Shown here in pieces: positions 9,901 through 19,148 of a stretch of DNA of 42,108 bases (within the stretch, counting starts at the first letter, position 1; each line of letters starts with the position of its first letter). The stretch is from an uncultured Verrucomicrobiota bacterium (lineage in GTDB: Bacteria > Verrucomicrobiota > Verrucomicrobiia > Limisphaerales > JAJXZI01): NCBI GenBank assembly GCA_903847485.1, contig CAINDV010001020.1, positions 1-42,108 on the forward strand, given 5' to 3'. The notes beneath the pieces are model-generated. The model did no database searches, was not told the DNA's origin, and was given only the letters and a program-made list of their open reading frames with translations. Position numbers and translations under genes: made by a program.

Positions 9901-10282
9901 GGGGACTTGGCATCCGGCCGGTCAGGTCGGCATACAATTGCCAGCCGGCGTCGAGGCGGGAAACCCAGATCCCCATCAAGCTCGGATCTAGAGTGTCGTC
10001 CGTGGTCAGGAAAATAACATTCGCGCCCGTCCAAGGCGTCAGTTGCAGGCTCAGGCCTCGTTCTTCCCAGGACTTAGGCTGAAAGGCGTATTGGGAGTAG
10101 TCGAACCGTCCGCCAGGTTTCAAGGGGGTAACATCTGCGGCCCCCAGATGAGATACGACCAAGGTTAGTAAGAGCAGCAGGATGCGGCGGAATATCGCCA
10201 TGATGGATCCATTCAAGACGGCGCGGGCCGGTCCCGCTGCCGCACGCATTCCGATTGTCGTTATCATTACAGTTCTGTTCAT
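6998..10282 (-). CDS. Secreted GH20 beta-N-acetylhexosaminidase with an extra N-terminal domain, a chitobiase/Fn3-like domain and a C-terminal F5/8 (CBM32) domain
   Basis: FRGALIDLARKY, LHLHLTDDQ, PEIDLPGHS and catalytic HLGADE. YTLDNSLP marks the chitobiase C-terminal-like domain and NLATGKPV...AVDG...WLQVDL marks F5/8. Signal peptide present; the start may be 10201. Confidence 0.9.
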   Translation of the reverse strand: MNRTVMITTIGMRAAAGPARAVLNGSIMAIFRRILLLLLTLVVSHLGAADVTPLKPGGRFDYSQYAFQPKSWEERGLSLQLTPWTGANVIFLTTDDTLDPSLMGIWVSRLDAGWQLYADLTGRMPSPLRQFEGKVTIAAVPRYELTCGAGCGYVGATGIELAMFYDHNYPELKTHPQAMPHYVFYEMGRNFYTFGDRHSCYITGVAVFMRYVCMDTLKYEDTDAQTRKVIEGVEPLFSTSGLTFLDLFTMSTGVGEKVSRIKDRSGQVIEPSDQPVRYASAMLRLRRENGGDAWVKRFFHELAACPTSNPGTKEGALHQCWYWLLCASVAAQKDLSQVFAGEWKLPIAKETRAALGRIDWNKRELTVKEVADTVTLVWQALDTAPETTLTEGSPQLVPWPRRLTLGQGSLTLTKGSRILATSTELAPLAKVLADDIFLTTGVRLATGSGKGEPGDLVLQLDPDVKGEAYTLEVKDLATVKGGSYQSVASGTVTLLQALRVANDILTVPLVNIADEPAYPFRGALIDLARKYHSPGGIKQVIELCRLYKIRYLHLHLTDDQLFMFPSTKFPHLGKSNQEFARFEPASKSHITPYTLGEMKALERFAQERGVYLVPEIDLPGHSGRLIADAQDIFGLPGNGSTVNIASPKTLAALTVLMNEVMDVFQSTPYIHLGADEVGLGGLDQTAEYKEAQAKFGIKSVHDLYCKFIVDLHAVVAKRGKKTIVWEEAWNTGGAYPLPKDALVMVWSQGRNPNDIVKSGYAVANATWTPLYIVRDNKKSLEFLFDWALPKFGREGATDYTTLTDSAKLMGTQLCSWENPENIEIQSLRDRLALVAERAWNPQAGGTLAEFKARLAHTDALLEKLVHTVTIQAQSKFVGDENTFTEPLTLTLRPNRPGLTLKYTLDNSLPNEHWQTYVGAITVDKTVYLRAGLFDSQGGQQGYLVGSWFRSKIPSRPNLATGKPVTVGPSPDPTNGQAPKVAVDGQADNAESYWDGGPAPQWLQVDLEKVQPINFINVITYWDGGRYYQWNAEVSVDGQHWNKVLDFSENQIRATANGYSGKFPKTDARYVRINLLKNSANPSVHIVELIVDETK

Positions 10283-10362
10283 TATATTTCCGTTGGTTAT
10301 TGTTACCTGTCTTGACTCATTGAATCACATCCTGCACGCGATTGAATTCTTGGCGAGTTGTC

Positions 10363-13300
10363 TCACGGCGCGACGACGACCTTGCCCTTCCCATTAATCC
10401 ACTTTTCCGCAGCGGCGGTGTAGGTACCGGCGGGTTTCTTGACGTTGTTCACGCTGAGGGCCTTGACGGTCAACACACCGCTGTGGCCCTCGGCGCTATC
10501 GGTCTTGATAGTGGTGTTGCCTGCCATCACCAGCGCGGCCACGGTCTCGCTGCAGCCGTTGAGACTTAGGTAGGCCGCGCCGTTGTTTCCAGCGTTGATC
10601 AGCGTGATGGTGGCGGTGTCCTTGATCTGGTTGCTGTGAATCCAATGCAGGCAGTCGTTGAAACCTTGGCCGCCCACAACCACATCGCCGCTGATGGCAT
10701 CCACGCCGTCGGGCTTCTCCAACTGCACGCGCCCCTTGCGGGCGAGGAACTTGCCAGTGGTCGTGTTGGGATTGTCGCCGGCCAATCGTAACGGGGCGTC
10801 CTTGTAGCCGGTGTACGACGGGCCCATCAGCAGCACCACATCGCCCGTGCCAGAAATCGTTCCCAAGTAGCACAGCGGGTTGCCGTCGCCGCTGTCGAAG
10901 GTGATGGTGTGGCCGTTGCTAACCAGGTCAATGTCGCAGGTTCCCACACCGACCCAGAATTCGGTGTCGCCGGTCATATTGCCAATGTTACCCGAACCGA
11001 TCTGACCAGTGGGGTCACCGTAGCGTCCCTTGACGTTCACGCGCGGATCAATGGTCACGCTGCCGCTGCCCTCCAACCAAGGCTGCGGGGCCTTGTGGCT
11101 GCCGGTGGCGATCTTCTTGCCATAGACGATGAGTTGCTTTACGGCTAGGTGTCCGCCGCTGCCGGTGCGGATTTTGGCCTGGCCGTCAACCATTACCTTG
11201 GCCAGTGCGGCCTTGTGCCCCGCGAGGTCCAGAAAGCACGGCTGGGCCTTGCCATCCAGCGTGACAGTGGCGAAGGGCGCGATTTGTCCGTCGCCAGCCA
11301 ATATGACGGCATCGCCGGCGTTGGCGATGTCGCTGCCGCCCACAAATAAGTTGCCGGGGATGGCAATGACGCCCGCAGGCTTGTTGAGTTTCAGCACGCC
11401 GCGGGATAGAACGGTGTGGCCTTTGTAGGAACTGGTCGAGGGGCCAGTGATCTCCAGGGGCTGCCTAGAGGGGGCCTGTCCGCCCGCGGCAGCATCGAAT
11501 GTCACGGCACCGTTGCCCGTGATGAAGCCGCTGTACGAGGTGGGTTTGTCGCCTGGCGCACAGAAAGTCAGGCCAAACTCGCCCGTCATTACCGGGATGG
11601 CGCAGTCGCCGGTGGCCGGGCCGAAGGTCGTCGCCGCAGTCAGTACTGCGATGTTGTTTTCGCCGATAACCGTATTGGCATTGGTGATCACTCCGGCGGC
11701 GTTGACATACTTCACATTGCCCACCACTACGAAACCGCTGCCTACAATCCAGGTGTTAGCCGAGGTGTACACGCCCTTGGGCAAGCTCTTGCCGTCGATC
11801 GCCAGGGTGCCGACGGTCAGGATACCGCCAGCCTTCTGATCGTCGGTCACAATCTTGGTGTGCGGAGCCATCTTGAGGCTGGCGAAATTATCATTGCAGC
11901 CATTGAGGTTGAGGGTCGCTCCGCCCTTGGGCGAGTCGAGCAGTTCCACAACGGCCGCGTTGTTGAGCTGGTCACTGTTGGCCCAATAAAGGCAGTCGTT
12001 GTCGCCCTGGCCCCCAACGATGACTGTGCCGCCTACGGCGTCCACCCCCGCGTCCTTGGCGAGAGTCAACCGGCCGGACTTGACCAACCAGGTGCCCTGC
12101 ATCGTGTTAGGCTCCTTGCCGCCGAGAATCATCGGAGAGTTACGGAAGTTGCCGTCGGCCCCGCCCATGAAGACCTGCACCTTGCCGGTGCCAGAGATGG
12201 GACCGTTATAGCCCATCGCATTGCCGCCGCCGCTGTCGAAAGTGAGCGTAAATCCCTTGTTAATCACGGCATTCGGCCCGGCCGGGGGCGCCCACTGAAA
12301 GGCCGTATCACCTTTGAGCACCCCAATGTTGTCTTCGCCCAGAGTCTTGGCCGGTTCGGCAACAACGCCGGCAAGCTCGACCATCAGCCGGAGCTTGATT
12401 TCGCGGACAACCATCGGCTCGGCCTGTGGCAAACCGCACCACAGGCGCACGGCCTTGACATTGTTATCGCTTAGAACGGCCTGGGCGGTACCCTTGGCCA
12501 GCTTGGCAACGGCGACATACTTGGCTCCGTCAGCCGAGACCTGCAGTTCCGCGCCCTCCAGCAAGCCCTTGCCGTTGATGCCGGTTAGGACTTCGATGGC
12601 GTACACGAGCGCAGGCTTGGCGAGTTGGATGGTAAGATGATCGCCGGCCTGGGGGGCCGCGGCGGACTTGTAGAAAGTGGCGTCATTCCCGTCTAAGGCG
12701 AACACGGGCTGAAGCATGTCGCGTGTGCCGGCGGAGGCGGTGAAAGCGGCGTCCAGCCGGGCTTTGGGAGGCAGACCGATGAGCTTGCCAACGGCCGCGT
12801 CCTGTGCCTGGAAGCGCGCGGCGAAACCCTGTTCGGTCACGGTATTGTCGGGGCCCCAGGTGCGTTCCTGGCGGGCGGCGACGTTGCGGACCATGCCAGC
12901 TAACACTTCGACCGATTGCTCCCAAGCCACTAACGTGGCACCAATAACCGCGTCGCCCTTCCTAAGCGTGCTGCCGTTGCAGACATACATGCTCCACTGT
13001 TCCCAAGGAACGCCCAAGTTCCACGGACAGGTAATGGTGGCATAGCCCAGGGGAATGAGTTGGCTGGCTGTGTTATTGTTTCCGACCCACGTCATGACGA
13101 TGATGTCTTTGGCCGCCGTGTCGGCCAGGCCTTCCCACTTAATGGCCTTCTTGCCGCGCTTCTTGACCATCTCGTTGACGCGGGCGATGAAGTAGTTGGC
13201 CAGTTCGCCATCGTTCTTGAGGCCATGTTTATCCATGAAGGCCTGGTATCCGCTGTGAAGCGAGACCCGGCCCATAGACACTTCGTCGCTGCCAATGTGG

Positions 13301-14370
13301 AAGTAGGGGGACGATTTGAACACATCGCATATTTCACCGATGATCGCGTCCAAGCCAGGGTAGATTTCCTCGCTGGCCATGTTCATACAGCCCATGCCGA
13401 CAGGCTGTTTGGTTTCGGGATTGAGGGCATCAAAAATCTCGGGCAGCGAGCGCAGGGCGGCCCCGCTGTGGCCGGGCACTTCCAGCTCCGGCACGATCGC
13501 AATGCCGCGCGCGTCGGCATAGGCGACGAGGCTCTTAAGTTCCTCCATCGTGTACACCTTCGGAGCCAAGCCGCCATGGGTGCCATGGTTCTTGGATCCC
13601 AGTTGCGGATACTGGGTGGACGGGAAGCACCATCCCTGGTCGTCGGTCAGGTGCAGGTGCAGATAGCGCACTTTATACACGCGGCAGGTCTCGACCATCT
13701 TCTTGAGCCACTCCGTGGGCTGATACTGTCGGCCACAGTCAACCATCATCGCGCAGTAATCCGCGTGGGGCCAATCCTTGATGGCGAGCTTGGGCAACGC
13801 CACCTGGCCGCCCGACTGACTGATCGCCTGCAGCAGGGTCGTGCTCCCCTCGGCCACCGCGCGGTAGTCGAAGCCTTCCACCACGGCCTGATCACCGATG
13901 GTGACAGTGTGCGCGCCGTCGGTAGTGCGAACCAGTACCGGCGGGCGTGCCACCAGGATTTGCTCGTCGGCCTTGATGGCCTGGTTTATCTTGAGGACGA
14001 TGTCGCTGGCGCGGGGCGGGTCGGCGGCAACGGTGAGATTCAGTCCCGTCAGCAAGTTGATCTCATCAGAGAGGATGTCGGCGATCACCCTAAGTTTGTC
14101 GTCGCCGACGACAATGCGGCTGGCGGTGGTGAGTTTCATCTGTCCTTGTTTCACCTCAATCGCCTTGGGCCAGGGAATGAGGTTGAGGCCGGGATGGGTA
14201 TCTGCCGGGTCACCGCCGGCTGCGGCCCAAGAGGCCAGACTCGTTAGCAACGCGTACGGCAGTAACCAGCGCAAACCTCCTTGCCTATTACTGCCACAAA
14301 TTTGCCGTTGGGACCGCAACTGCGGAACTGACCGGTTGGCCGGGGCGAGAGGAAGCCTGGTCATGTTCAT
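10363..14370 (-). CDS. Secreted GH20 hexosaminidase plus F5/8-like domain plus three passenger-associated beta-strand repeat modules
   Basis: LIPWPK, MVDCGRQY, LHLHLTDDQGW, PELEVPGHS and HIGSDE. Repeated NGxTxTFDSGxGN...GxISGTGxV...NTxxG...GxLxLxK modules. Confidence 0.88.
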   Translation of the reverse strand: MNMTRLPLAPANRSVPQLRSQRQICGSNRQGGLRWLLPYALLTSLASWAAAGGDPADTHPGLNLIPWPKAIEVKQGQMKLTTASRIVVGDDKLRVIADILSDEINLLTGLNLTVAADPPRASDIVLKINQAIKADEQILVARPPVLVRTTDGAHTVTIGDQAVVEGFDYRAVAEGSTTLLQAISQSGGQVALPKLAIKDWPHADYCAMMVDCGRQYQPTEWLKKMVETCRVYKVRYLHLHLTDDQGWCFPSTQYPQLGSKNHGTHGGLAPKVYTMEELKSLVAYADARGIAIVPELEVPGHSGAALRSLPEIFDALNPETKQPVGMGCMNMASEEIYPGLDAIIGEICDVFKSSPYFHIGSDEVSMGRVSLHSGYQAFMDKHGLKNDGELANYFIARVNEMVKKRGKKAIKWEGLADTAAKDIIVMTWVGNNNTASQLIPLGYATITCPWNLGVPWEQWSMYVCNGSTLRKGDAVIGATLVAWEQSVEVLAGMVRNVAARQERTWGPDNTVTEQGFAARFQAQDAAVGKLIGLPPKARLDAAFTASAGTRDMLQPVFALDGNDATFYKSAAAPQAGDHLTIQLAKPALVYAIEVLTGINGKGLLEGAELQVSADGAKYVAVAKLAKGTAQAVLSDNNVKAVRLWCGLPQAEPMVVREIKLRLMVELAGVVAEPAKTLGEDNIGVLKGDTAFQWAPPAGPNAVINKGFTLTFDSGGGNAMGYNGPISGTGKVQVFMGGADGNFRNSPMILGGKEPNTMQGTWLVKSGRLTLAKDAGVDAVGGTVIVGGQGDNDCLYWANSDQLNNAAVVELLDSPKGGATLNLNGCNDNFASLKMAPHTKIVTDDQKAGGILTVGTLAIDGKSLPKGVYTSANTWIVGSGFVVVGNVKYVNAAGVITNANTVIGENNIAVLTAATTFGPATGDCAIPVMTGEFGLTFCAPGDKPTSYSGFITGNGAVTFDAAAGGQAPSRQPLEITGPSTSSYKGHTVLSRGVLKLNKPAGVIAIPGNLFVGGSDIANAGDAVILAGDGQIAPFATVTLDGKAQPCFLDLAGHKAALAKVMVDGQAKIRTGSGGHLAVKQLIVYGKKIATGSHKAPQPWLEGSGSVTIDPRVNVKGRYGDPTGQIGSGNIGNMTGDTEFWVGVGTCDIDLVSNGHTITFDSGDGNPLCYLGTISGTGDVVLLMGPSYTGYKDAPLRLAGDNPNTTTGKFLARKGRVQLEKPDGVDAISGDVVVGGQGFNDCLHWIHSNQIKDTATITLINAGNNGAAYLSLNGCSETVAALVMAGNTTIKTDSAEGHSGVLTVKALSVNNVKKPAGTYTAAAEKWINGKGKVVVAP

Positions 14371-14446
14371 TCGATCATATTTTCGGTTTAGTTTTCAGTT
14401 CAGGTTTCGGGCGGGACTAAACCCATAAGCGCCTGGGCGGTTGCTA

Positions 14447-16060
14447 TTACTGCTTCCCCAAGGCTCTGAAGATACCATCGCCGATCAGGTTGGCGAGCAA
14501 AATGTTACCTGGGCCGGTAGGGTGAACACCATCATAGGTGAGGAAGCCCGATGTCTTGATGTAGAGCGTCCCGTCCACGCGGAGTTGGGCATTGTGATTC
14601 TGGAGGTAAGCGACATAGGCCTTGCGGAGATCTACCAGGGTGGTGCCGGTGGCTTGCGTCACCTTGCGCGTGACTTCGGAATACGCCTCGATCTTGGGAT
14701 CGTCGCCGTTGTTCCCGTCGGACAACTCGCCATGCACGGTCATTGTGGCCAGCACCGGTACGGTCTTGTTAGCCTTCGCGGATGCGATGAGGTCGCTCAG
14801 GGCTTTCTCGAAGACCTCCGGGGTGGTGTTCCGCCACCAGACGTCGTTGATGCCGATGAACACCACGACCACATCCGCCTTGTCCGCGCTGATCATTTCG
14901 GCGAAAGGCTTCTGGGCACTGTTACCGGGAAAGGCACTGTTGGTTACCCCGTCACGGACCTGTAACACACCGCCGCCATTGATCCCGCGGTTGACCAGTT
15001 TGACACTCCTGCTCTGGGTGCCTTCGCCCGTCTTGATCGCCTGATTGATCACTCCAATGAAGCCGTCCTGCCAGGTAATGGAGTCCCCGAAGAAGTCGAT
15101 CGTCAGACCGTCCTTAAGGGGGCTTCCTTTGCCCGTGAGGCTGGCCAGACCTGGCACCTTGTAGAGTTTGGCGCGTGTAACCTCGGCCTTGGGCGAGACG
15201 TCGAACGGCGGGTTGATGGCCCTGACCAGCACGTCCGGGACCAACTGTCCGTCGCGCGTCATCTGGGCGGCATACAGACCCGCGGGCAGGCCCGCAGGCT
15301 TGTCGAACCCGATGCGGGCAATCTGTTCCTTGCTGAGACCTTTGCCGTCCTTGCCAAAGGTCAGTTTGTCCTTGCCAGGTTTGTAGCTGAGAATCGTCAT
15401 GGTCTTGGTGAGCTCCCACGGACAGGCGCTGCAATCGCCTATGGTTAGCATCGCGGGTTTGTCACCCATGTCTATCACAGAGTGAGAGCCTATCGTCAGT
15501 GAAGCGAATTTCTCGTCGTGGCCGCGGAGTTCCAGCCCACTTACGCCAGTGCCGCTCAACGTGACGCTCGCGGCGTCATTGATCTGGTGAGACTTGTTGA
15601 GTTGAACCATCGCGCTTTCCTTGGTGCCGATGATCAGGTCGCCGGGGATGGCGTCCAAGCCGGCGGGCTTATCCAAGTCGAGCACGCCTCGGGTCAGCGT
15701 GAAGGTGCCTCGGAAGGTGTTGGGCTTGTCTCCACTCAGGACCGAGGGTGCCACCTGGGGCACGCCGCCACCGCGCCACTCGAACGAACCTTGACCTGTG
15801 ATTGCGCCACTGAAGACTGTGTGGTTGCCCCCGCCGGTTTCCATCACGAACGCATGGCCGTTGAGGTCGATGTCGCCGGGCACCATGCCGGTCCGCCATC
15901 CGAACGTCGCGTCGCCGACCAGATTGTAACTGGCATCTTTGCCAAATTCTTCGTTGGGATTCTCGTGGTTCCCGGTGATGTCGGTGGCACGGGCCAGACC
16001 CGCCGCTGACGCTACGCACGCCGCCGCCAGAACGATAACTCGCTTCATAAGTGCTCTCAT
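14447..16060 (-). CDS. Secreted SGNH/GDSL hydrolase with an N-terminal passenger-repeat module
   Basis: FFGDSIT, NRGING, FIGINDV and DGVHP are SGNH blocks I, II, III and V. Signal peptide present. The N-terminal module resembles the repeats in 10363-14370. Confidence 0.88.
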   Translation of the reverse strand: MRALMKRVIVLAAACVASAAGLARATDITGNHENPNEEFGKDASYNLVGDATFGWRTGMVPGDIDLNGHAFVMETGGGNHTVFSGAITGQGSFEWRGGGVPQVAPSVLSGDKPNTFRGTFTLTRGVLDLDKPAGLDAIPGDLIIGTKESAMVQLNKSHQINDAASVTLSGTGVSGLELRGHDEKFASLTIGSHSVIDMGDKPAMLTIGDCSACPWELTKTMTILSYKPGKDKLTFGKDGKGLSKEQIARIGFDKPAGLPAGLYAAQMTRDGQLVPDVLVRAINPPFDVSPKAEVTRAKLYKVPGLASLTGKGSPLKDGLTIDFFGDSITWQDGFIGVINQAIKTGEGTQSRSVKLVNRGINGGGVLQVRDGVTNSAFPGNSAQKPFAEMISADKADVVVVFIGINDVWWRNTTPEVFEKALSDLIASAKANKTVPVLATMTVHGELSDGNNGDDPKIEAYSEVTRKVTQATGTTLVDLRKAYVAYLQNHNAQLRVDGTLYIKTSGFLTYDGVHPTGPGNILLANLIGDGIFRALGKQ

Positions 16061-16107
16061 GTTTCTTTCAAATAATCATTTCTATGTTCAGCCTGGCTCC
16101 GCGAGCT

Positions 16108-18666
16108 TCACGGCTGCACCGGAACCACGCCGGCATAGTCCCTGCCAATACGGATTTCGTCAATGACATAGCTCCCGCAGCCGTACGGTTGCATCCCGAT
16201 CGAGAGCGTGTCGGACTCGGGGTTGTCGAAGCTGCGTGTGATGACGTTGGCGTCCGTGTCACCAGGCTGTTTGCCGGGCGTAGGGTTGACCCACATGTGA
16301 ATCAGGTCGTTGCCTCTGTGGAAGGTGTAGCGCACGACAATGAGATAGGTTTGGTCGGCCAGCATTTTGCCGCCGCCGGAGGCGGTGTAGACCGAGAGCC
16401 CGTCACCCCAACCCTTGCCGACATTGGCATGCCCGATGTTCACCGCGATCTCGCCGATTTCGGGCTTTTGAGCGCGAATGAGATAACTCGTCCAGATTTG
16501 CGTGCCGTCTTGTCCATACGGGCTGGCCAGGTTGCGCTGGACTTTGACATGCGGTGGCCGCCGGCGATTAGTTTCGTCCGCGTCGGTGGACTCCACCTGC
16601 AGCGCGCGCCCGCTGGTCTTCAGGCCAGGGTAAGTTAGACCGGTGGTCGTGATGAGCAGCGGGGCATTGAATTCTTCAACCTTCCAAGCCGTTTTGAAAC
16701 CGGTGCCACCGTGGAGTGTGTCAAGCGCGGTCCCGGCGGGATAGTCGAAAGACTCGTATGCGATGGGAATCGTCACGCCTGCACCTGTCGAGCCTTTGGC
16801 GGGCTGGCCGAATTCCGATGCTCCTATCGGATTGATACTGCGCACCCAGTAGAAGTACGTATGCCCGGCATTGACCTTGTCGTCGCGGAAGGTGTTGAAT
16901 TGCGTTAGGAACGAGGCGGGGATCTTTCCCGAGATCGGCTGAGCTTTGGCTGAATCGGCCGTGTCCGCGCGATAGACCTGGTAGTATTCGGGATAGTTGT
17001 CGCTCTCCGCACACCAAACATCCACGGCGGCAGGCAGGCCGCCCTGGGTGGCAGTCACACACCCAGGCGGGCTGGAAGGACGGCGTTCGCGAATGAGGTG
17101 ATTGACCAGCGGCGAGACCTGCGCAAACGCGGCGGCGGCCTTCTCCCACGCGCCCTTGGGATAGGGCCAGGGCTGCAAATTCCAGATGTGCTCGGCAAAG
17201 AACGCAATACATGGAACAATCATCTCCAGGTGCCCTTCGCTCTGAGAGGGGTCGGCAAAATCCCACGTAGCCAACATGCTGCCGATGATGCCGTTCTGTA
17301 AGTGCGAGCAGTCGCGGGCTTTGATAGGCTCGCCGAAGGTTCCTTCGCCCCCAAAGCGGCTGAGGTGAAACTCGTCAAAGATCCACTTACCCTGATTCTG
17401 GGCCTTGCTACGACTGCCGGACAGCACGTAGAGTGGCGTCCAGGACACATTGCAAAGCTCGTAACCAGCCGCCAGCAATCCCTCCGGCGTTCCGCCCCAA
17501 GTGGCGCTGTAAAAGTCCACAACTATGTTCTTCTGGTGCGGGGTGAGATCGGGGTCCGCATCGCCGGGACCGTTCCAATACATCATCTTGATGTCGGGAT
17601 TCTTTTCCTTCAGGAAGCCCAGCATCCTGACGGCCTCTTGGCTGTTGCACCCGCCCTCTCCATAGACCGGGCCGATGTGGTAGTAAGGCAGTTTGCCGTC
17701 GGGCCAGCTCCTGGCGAACTGATCGTAGGACCGTTGGGTCACTACCTTGACAAAATTCCAGAAGCGCGGATCGTCCGCCAGATCACCCTTGATCTCGTAT
17801 TTGCCTTGGTGGTCAACTTCGTCCACATAGCAGGCAAACGTATCGTTCGTGTTGAAGTCCACAGTTAGCGCGGCCGGCCAAAACGGATCGTTGGGCCTCA
17901 TTTCATTGTGCGGCAGGAGGCCCACGCCTCGCTCTTTTGCATAGGCAATCACGTCCTCCATCTCCTGCTTGCTCCAGGCCGAATGCTCTTTGAGAAGCTG
18001 GGGATCTGCCCCATTGCTGGAGTCCATGACCGCCCCCACCCATAAGGCCTCCGTAGTGTGTAACTGGAGCACCCGGACCTTGTAGAACCGCATGAGTTCG
18101 ATGACCTTCTTGACCCACTGAGGTGAGTGATAGCCTCCGCGGATGGAGACTTGCAGCGCCCGAAACGCGCGGTCGGCGGCGTCCTCGACCGTCATGTGCG
18201 CGATCTTCAGTCCATCCCCATCCCTTTCGAGCGTCTGTAAGACCGTCATCATCCCGAAGGCGACGGCCTGGTAAGTTCCGCCCTCAATGGCTACCGTCTT
18301 GCCCACGGAGATGCGGTAGGCGTCGGGTCCCTTGAGTTTGGGGTTGTCCGCCACCAACCTCAATGCAATGTCTCCGGCCGCCGCTGGTGCCGACCCGGTG
18401 GGCAAGGTCACCCGATGCACCCGTTCAATGTCCGACGCAAACACCTTGGCCAAGGGCTCTAGGTCGGCCCCTTGGGCAACGATGCGGCTCCCCGCCCGGA
18501 GGGAAAGGCTGCCGTTTCCGAGGGTGATCACCTTCGGCTGAGGCAGGATGGCGGGGGCCGCGTTCAAAGGTTGGCGAGAGATCCCCAGGCAGAGAGTAAG
18601 CAGGGAGACAAAGACTAGCGCGATGACCGGCCACTTGTGGAAGAAAAGGGCAGGTTTGGCGCTCAT
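16108..18666 (-). CDS. Divergent GH20-like secreted protein with an Fn3-like domain and a C-terminal beta-sandwich
   Basis: ILPQPK...DAYRI GH20b-like domain, followed by a barrel region with altered motifs (FRALQVSIRGGY, QLHTTE, HIGPVYGE). YQVYR...F.D...YFYWVRSIN is Fn3-like. Start set at MSAKPAL, ahead of a signal peptide. Confidence 0.75.
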   Translation of the reverse strand: MSAKPALFFHKWPVIALVFVSLLTLCLGISRQPLNAAPAILPQPKVITLGNGSLSLRAGSRIVAQGADLEPLAKVFASDIERVHRVTLPTGSAPAAAGDIALRLVADNPKLKGPDAYRISVGKTVAIEGGTYQAVAFGMMTVLQTLERDGDGLKIAHMTVEDAADRAFRALQVSIRGGYHSPQWVKKVIELMRFYKVRVLQLHTTEALWVGAVMDSSNGADPQLLKEHSAWSKQEMEDVIAYAKERGVGLLPHNEMRPNDPFWPAALTVDFNTNDTFACYVDEVDHQGKYEIKGDLADDPRFWNFVKVVTQRSYDQFARSWPDGKLPYYHIGPVYGEGGCNSQEAVRMLGFLKEKNPDIKMMYWNGPGDADPDLTPHQKNIVVDFYSATWGGTPEGLLAAGYELCNVSWTPLYVLSGSRSKAQNQGKWIFDEFHLSRFGGEGTFGEPIKARDCSHLQNGIIGSMLATWDFADPSQSEGHLEMIVPCIAFFAEHIWNLQPWPYPKGAWEKAAAAFAQVSPLVNHLIRERRPSSPPGCVTATQGGLPAAVDVWCAESDNYPEYYQVYRADTADSAKAQPISGKIPASFLTQFNTFRDDKVNAGHTYFYWVRSINPIGASEFGQPAKGSTGAGVTIPIAYESFDYPAGTALDTLHGGTGFKTAWKVEEFNAPLLITTTGLTYPGLKTSGRALQVESTDADETNRRRPPHVKVQRNLASPYGQDGTQIWTSYLIRAQKPEIGEIAVNIGHANVGKGWGDGLSVYTASGGGKMLADQTYLIVVRYTFHRGNDLIHMWVNPTPGKQPGDTDANVITRSFDNPESDTLSIGMQPYGCGSYVIDEIRIGRDYAGVVPVQP

Positions 18667-18920
18667 CTTCGGGTTGTGGCACCAGGCTTTCTGCACAGTA
18701 TGACCGTCTTCAACAGTTCGCCCGTTCTGTCGCATACTAATCTTTGTGGAAACATTTACCAGCGCAGCGTGCAAAATATCGGGTGTAACGTCAAGAAACC
18801 AAACTGTTATCAGCTCCACTCCCAGCGGGTCAAACTCGATTCCCACGCCCGAAGATGGACGGCCGTAGGCCCCGATGTTGGCTTGGCTTCTGATCGGAGC
18901 AGACACAGAGAAGAGTCTCA

Positions 18921-19055
18921 GAGCATGTTTGAAAAGTCCCCCCAGTGGTAGGGCGAGGCTTCTGCCGAGCCTCAACGACAGCGGCAGTGCGACGTTACCG
19001 AACGGCTCGGCAGGAGCCTCGCCCTACACCGCTGGGCGACTTTTCAAACACACTC
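18921..19055. mobile_element. MITE-like element with IS5(IS1031)-like ends enclosing a GTAG-REP doublet
   Basis: Ends GAGCATGTTTGAAAAGTC and GACTTTTCAAACACACTC (16/18 inverted match), flanked by a TCA direct repeat (18918-20, 19056-58). Inner pair GTAGGGCGAGGCTTCTGCCGAGCC...GGCTCGGCAGGAGCCTCGCCCTAC. Confidence 0.75.
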
Positions 19056-19148
19056 TCAGAACTCCTGCCCCGTGGCCTTGGTGGGAAGAGGCACGTGGAA
19101 TGGGCGTGCCCCCCCCCCACCCCTTCCCTCCACTGCCGTTGACTTGAA

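Noticed and set aside
2203-14247. Long plus-strand ORFs (e.g. 2203-3090, 11416-12474, 13060-14247)
   Set aside because: These are antisense shadows of well-supported minus-strand genes in GC-rich DNA.
18667-18975. 103-aa N-terminal extension of the GH20-like ORF
   Set aside because: It starts inside a REP/MITE (MRLGRSLALP is the REP translation). The signal peptide follows Met at 18666.
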